64,000 nt of DNA, taken from positions 186,001 to 250,000 of the forward strand of contig ADNK01001076.1 in NCBI GenBank assembly GCA_000320545.1. Reading direction: 5' to 3'. The notes under the pieces were generated by a model. That model was given only the letters and a program-made list of their open reading frames with translations, had not been told where the DNA came from and did no database searches. Position 1 is the first letter of the stretch, and the number at the start of each line of letters is the position of its first letter. A program made the translations under genes and the position numbers. This document shows, in pieces, positions 60,314-64,000 of this stretch. Source of the stretch: Bigelowiella natans CCMP2755 (taxonomy: Eukaryota; Protista; Cercozoa).

Positions 60314-62164
60314 CACTTATTATTATCATGGATAAATATAAACTTTAAAAAAAAATGTCCACCACCATCTCATCACAGCAGCATTGTTCGGTAATCTCAC
60401 GTTACGTTTGTATCATCGTTTGTATTTTTTCTCTCAAAATGAAAAGCTTAATGATATCATATTCCTTGCTACCTTCATATTAACATCAACGATACTTTTT
60501 GTTCCTTGCAGTAATTGGATTTCTCTCGCAAAAGGCGAATCAGGATTGATTGTTGTAGCATCAAAATCGATCTGCTGAGCAATTTGCTCCTCAAAGGTAA
60601 GAATGACATCCGAAAGTGCCTATAAGATGACGGGATAACAAATCAAATCATCGATAGGAGAACGACGTTGCGTTGTTCAGATGGAGATGAGTAGTACAAG
60701 GAGAGGGCAGAGGAGCACTTGACAAAAGTAAGCAAGGGGACAAAAAAACATACATACATTAGGGTAATAGTCAAGGATGATAGAAGTTATCATGATATTA
60801 TTATTATGAATACGACGGAGAAAATCGTAGTATAAGCTTAAAAAAAGGAATGGAGATAAACAGCAAGCAACTAATCTATGGTATTCATATGTTCTATCTA
60901 TTATGTACGTGAGTAGCAAGGCAGTATTTGCGAGGTGAGTCTGCCTCGAATTGAATGTAAGGGAGAAAGTGCTGCTGCTGCTGCTGCTGGATATGATTAA
61001 TCTGGGGGTCTTGATTGTGGTGATTATAGTTGCTCTTGTAGCCCTTTGCATGACCCGAACCATACCCAACATTGTCAGTGTAATTATTATCATCACCGTA
61101 ATCATCATCATCGTCATCATCATGTTTGCCAGTCCTTCCAATGAATTTTGTTGAAATTGAAGCAGAAAACAAGAGTTCACTCAATAATGTATGATCGAAG
61201 ACGTATGATGATGTGCCAGTAGTAGTGTCCTTATTATTTGTCGTCGTGACATTCCTGCTTGAATGCTTCTCCTTCTGATGATGATAACGATGATCTATGC
61301 CACTGTGATGATGATGATGACGATGATGGCTAGTGTATAAAGTACGGTGACTTTTATTGTAGTCTTTGCCAACATCCATATTACAAGGATGTAGCGGTGA
61401 TGAGTAGAGCTTTGAATACTTATCCAGAAACTAAAATTAGTAGAAACACAAGCTTATACAATTGCTGTAAATACATAAATACAACAAATGTGGGATGGGA
61501 TGACTATGGTCGTTGGGACAAAGAATCTGTTCAAATGCTGTGTCAACAACATGATGCAAAAACACATCTCCATTCTGACTACTTCTTAGAATTTGAAGTA
61601 GTGTGAGAATTAGTAGTAGTAGTAGTAGCAGCAGTAGCAGTATAAGTACCTTAAATGGTAAATCCCACATCCAAGTCGGTATTGCATCATGGTTGGCTTC
61701 TTCGTCGGAGATAACCACATCAACATTATCATCATCATCATCATCGTGATTTCTATAGTTTCTAATTCCTCCTCCTCCTCCCGCGGAAAAGGGTAGGTAT
61801 TCGTCATCTTTTTGGTGATGTAGCCGTCTTTGTTCCTGCTCCTTCGCACCACCTCCAAAGACACTTTGTACGGCTGCATTGTAAAACGATGACGATAAAA
61901 ACTATAAGAAATTTCGACTTATCGAAATCACAGCATGTATGATTACATGACATGAGGGGGGAAGATGGAAATTAGTATCGTTACTACTGCCCTCTGAAAC
62001 AACAACAACAACAACGGGGAAAAGAAGTGGTACTATTCTTTCACAATTAGGAATATAACCTTTGAATATCAGGCAAGAAGACCATAAATCATCTGTTTTA
62101 TAGAGAAATGGATGTTCATAACGATTATCTTTGATATTTTGTTCATACGGATATACACATTCGT

Positions 62165-62205
<41 letters not shown>

Positions 62206-64000
62206 TACTTCGAATATACATTTATATGGTACGATAAACACACGCTGGGAAGATTCACAAGCAAGACGATAAATTTACGAAATAGGCATTATTACCAAAA
62301 TTATCACGGCTAAGGAAAAAGCATCTTGCCAACAATAGTAATAGTGAATATTTATGATGATGGGAGTTTTAATAATAATACAAGAAATTAGAGGCTAGAA
62401 AGAGTGAAATCGGTATTATTATTTTTTCAGCGGTTGAAGTGACTACCAAACATGGTAATTTCTCCAAATTCCGGTGATAGGAACATAGAAATTGATTTCA
62501 TTGAAGAGGATAGCAACGATGAAGACTGATTTCCATGATGATGGTAATGATGATGATGACTATGATGATGATGATGATGATGATGATCCAGTTGTCCTCC
62601 GTCATCATCTCGTTGGTGGAAACTCTCACATTGCTGAGAGACCGTACTTTCTGATAGAGCCTAAAATCCATAAAAACATCAACAATCAAATAAAAATCGA
62701 AATATATTATTTGCTTATTTGCTCATTTTCTTGGAAAAAATACGCAAATGCTTTGCAGTACAATCAAAATCAAATAAATGTTAGTACCACCAACAACCTA
62801 TAATCAGGTTAGGTGGTTACCAATTCTTCAGTCAGTCAACAGATGCAGACATGTATATAAACGCAAGGACTTGTTACTTCTGTGGTAGAGTTTTCAACTC
62901 AAACTACTATCAATTACCGATACATAGCTACTACTTACCTTACTACCTACCACTCATAGTCTAACAGGCTGTGAATATTGTTATTATTTATTAATAATAA
63001 TAAAATACCGTTATCAACATGAAACCGTCGACAAGGGTTGTCTCCGCTTTTCTAAGATCATTGGCCAACATTTCCATAGCTCTTTCAAGCGCTAGTGCAT
63101 TCTCAAATAGAGATAGCATTCTCCTCCTCCTCCTCCTCCTTTGCTGCTGAGCAGAAGAAGAAATAGAACCATCCCTGGAAGAATAGTATTCGCCAAATTT
63201 CCTAACTTCCTCCTCCTTCTCTTGGAATGACAACAGCTTACGGTTATGATGATATTCATCAACATTTTCAGGATAGTATTTTACTCCAGCAGTATTTTCT
63301 AATTCTTCTTTTTCTTCTTCTTCTTCTCCTTCGTCCAAGAAACTGGCAGTACTACTTATACTACCTTCGTTGAATCGTGAATTTGTTTCATGAAGAAGAT
63401 GTTTACTATTTTCAGTGCTACTATTATTGTTACCATCTACTACGGTTACTGCTGCAGCAGCACTACTGGTAGTATGTTGAGGATGATATTGATGATAATA
63501 TCCTGTAGAAGTAGTAGTAGTAGGTTGTTGCTCAAATAATGATCCAATATTTGTTTCAAGGAATGATGATGATGATGATGATGAGGATGATCCACGAGAA
63601 GATAGTAGACGATAATTTTCTTTGTGCTTCCCCCCCATCTGAATATTCCTATCTTCATCGTATTCATCCAAGCTTCCATCTTCATCATCATCATTGTTAT
63701 TCTGATGAGTGCTACTACTTTTGTCGTTGATGAGACTAGCATCATCAGTATCCATATTCTCTCCTCCCAGCAGAGCAATCGGCTTAAACAAATTGTTATC
63801 AGGAATCATAAACCCAAGCTTTCGCTGCGCTTCAGCATCTTCTTCTTCACTGAGCAGATGATGGTGGCAAAGTGAGGAGGTAACAATCAGTGAGAAGAAT
63901 CATTCACTAAATAATGAACAAACTGAATCAAACGAATATCATTGTAAGGAAACATTTCTGGGTCTACTGTTTCATTCATTAATACTGATTAACATGCTCA
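59430..64000 (-). CDS. Partial multi-exon hypothetical protein continuing beyond the window
   Basis: Long exon 62991-63850 (...SLFENALALERAMEMLANDLRKAETTLVDGFM) and spliced-looking segments LYQKVRSLSNVRVSTNEMMTEDNW, VISDEEANHDAIPTWMWDLPFK and ALSDVILTFEEQIAQQIDFDATTINPDSPF. No family recognised; the 3' end is uncertain. Confidence 0.55.

Overview
Eukaryotic, intron-rich nuclear DNA, most likely from an alga with a complex plastid (chlorarachniophyte-like; inferred from signal-plus-transit presequences on plastid proteins). Introns are packed with microsatellites. Genes: a large polycystin-1/REJ-GPS-like membrane protein with probable NHL-like N-terminal exons (minus, ~1.5-14.6 kb); a BIRC6/UBE2O-class E2 with a WW domain (minus, 23.0-37.4 kb); a small MG-starting EF-hand protein; a plastid-targeted DUF2358 protein; a PPR protein; divinyl chlorophyllide 8-vinyl reductase (DVR); and a partial unknown gene at the right edge. 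A pogo/Fot-like DD35D transposase lies at 15.7-17.4 kb. The most striking signal is in the repeat-filled intergenic tracts, where TpA is almost erased. In 17913-22656 I count only 14 TpA by hand, all with TAG on at least one strand. Repeat copies differ by TA>TG/CA/CG changes and relic ORFs show Tyr>His. This looks like a repeat-targeted, two-strand A-to-G hypermutation system: RIP-like in logic but chemically opposite, with sharp boundaries at genes. Exon joins and counts were made by eye, so gene boundaries are approximate.
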